Shown here: positions 63,155 through 64,000 of the stretch, piece after piece | Numbering within the stretch: the stretch's first letter is position 1 | Layout: each line of letters opens with the position of its first letter | DNA from: Tubiluchus corallicola | Lineage: Eukaryota; Animalia; Priapulida | Length of the DNA: 64,000 bases | NCBI GenBank assembly: GCA_030141605.1 | Contig: JAQGDQ010000203.1 | Location: 310,001-374,000 of the forward strand | Direction of reading: 5' to 3' | Notes under the pieces: model-generated | Seen by the model: only the letters and a program-made list of their open reading frames with translations | Databases searched by the model: none | Told to the model about the DNA's origin: nothing | Translations under genes and position numbers: made by a program

Positions 63155-64000
63155 CTAAGACACTTCAAGCAAATAATCATGCTAGTGTAATTATAAGAAT
63201 CCACGCGAAAATAATATTGTAATTTGCATAAAATGAGACAAACTAATAAAGATTAACCGCATGGCAGCCATTCTAGTGCATGAGACAAAATTTTCATGTT
63301 GCGTATTTGTGCAAAATCGTAATGGCTAAAATCTGAAAATCTGAATGTAATGTTTTATTTTTATAATGCAACTCAGTTGTGCTGTTTTATAGCCTATTAA
63401 CTGTTACCGCTGCTGCTGCTGTTGTTGTTACTAAGACTGATAGAATTTTTTTATAACGACGAATAAAAACGAACAGTCTTAAATTTTATTATTCTTATTA
63501 ATACTTAGTCATTCTTTATCTAATTTAAAATTTCAACTTGCTGATTTATGTAGAAATGTAGCGAGATTAGATTAATTAAATTATGCTCTCAAAACAGAAA
63601 GTCCAATGGAAGTGGAAGTGTTTTATTAACTAACACTGATTGATTATCTCTGTAAAGTTTTTATCGGTGATTATCAATGTATTTTAATGGCAAATAAAGA
63701 TTATTATATATACATATATAAGCAGAATAAAGTTGGAAACAGGTGTTTTGCAGCACATTGATTCATTGAATGAATATCTGCACCCTGACATAAAATACTG
63801 ACTTTCAACACAGCCAATGTAATATCAGTTAGTATTCAATGACTTAAAGTTGATTTTTCTTGACCTGTCCGTTAAGAAAAGCAAGCATATGACGGGTGCG
63901 GAAATTCATTCAACATATTACAAAAAAAGGGCCGATTCCACGTTTATTCAACATCAAGTTCCATCGGTCTTTCAAAGTTAACCTAATATCGCGAAATTTC

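Overview
AT-rich animal (probably invertebrate) genomic DNA with spliceosomal introns, microsatellites and many transposon relics; no prokaryotic features. Genes, all on +: (1) the last ten coding exons of an LRRFIP1/2-family coiled-coil gene (82-8586; start lies upstream of the window); (2) a decayed, apparently intronless gene with about 13 EGF repeats (about 11.7-14.4 kb); (3) an unrecognised multi-exon single-pass membrane protein with a Cys-rich ectodomain and two PPxY motifs (about 16.1-19.3 kb); (4) after about 29 kb without evident coding sequence, an intronless Shaker/Kv1 potassium channel (49195-50598); (5) an intronless BTB-BACK-MATH protein (61817-63154). Mobile DNA includes two RT-bearing LINE relics, an internally deleted pogo-like transposon with perfect 25-bp TIRs, several MITEs, tRNA- and 5S-derived SINE-like elements, DINE/HINE-like fragments and a degenerate Penelope-type hammerhead motif. 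Family assignments come from motifs read by eye, not from database searches.
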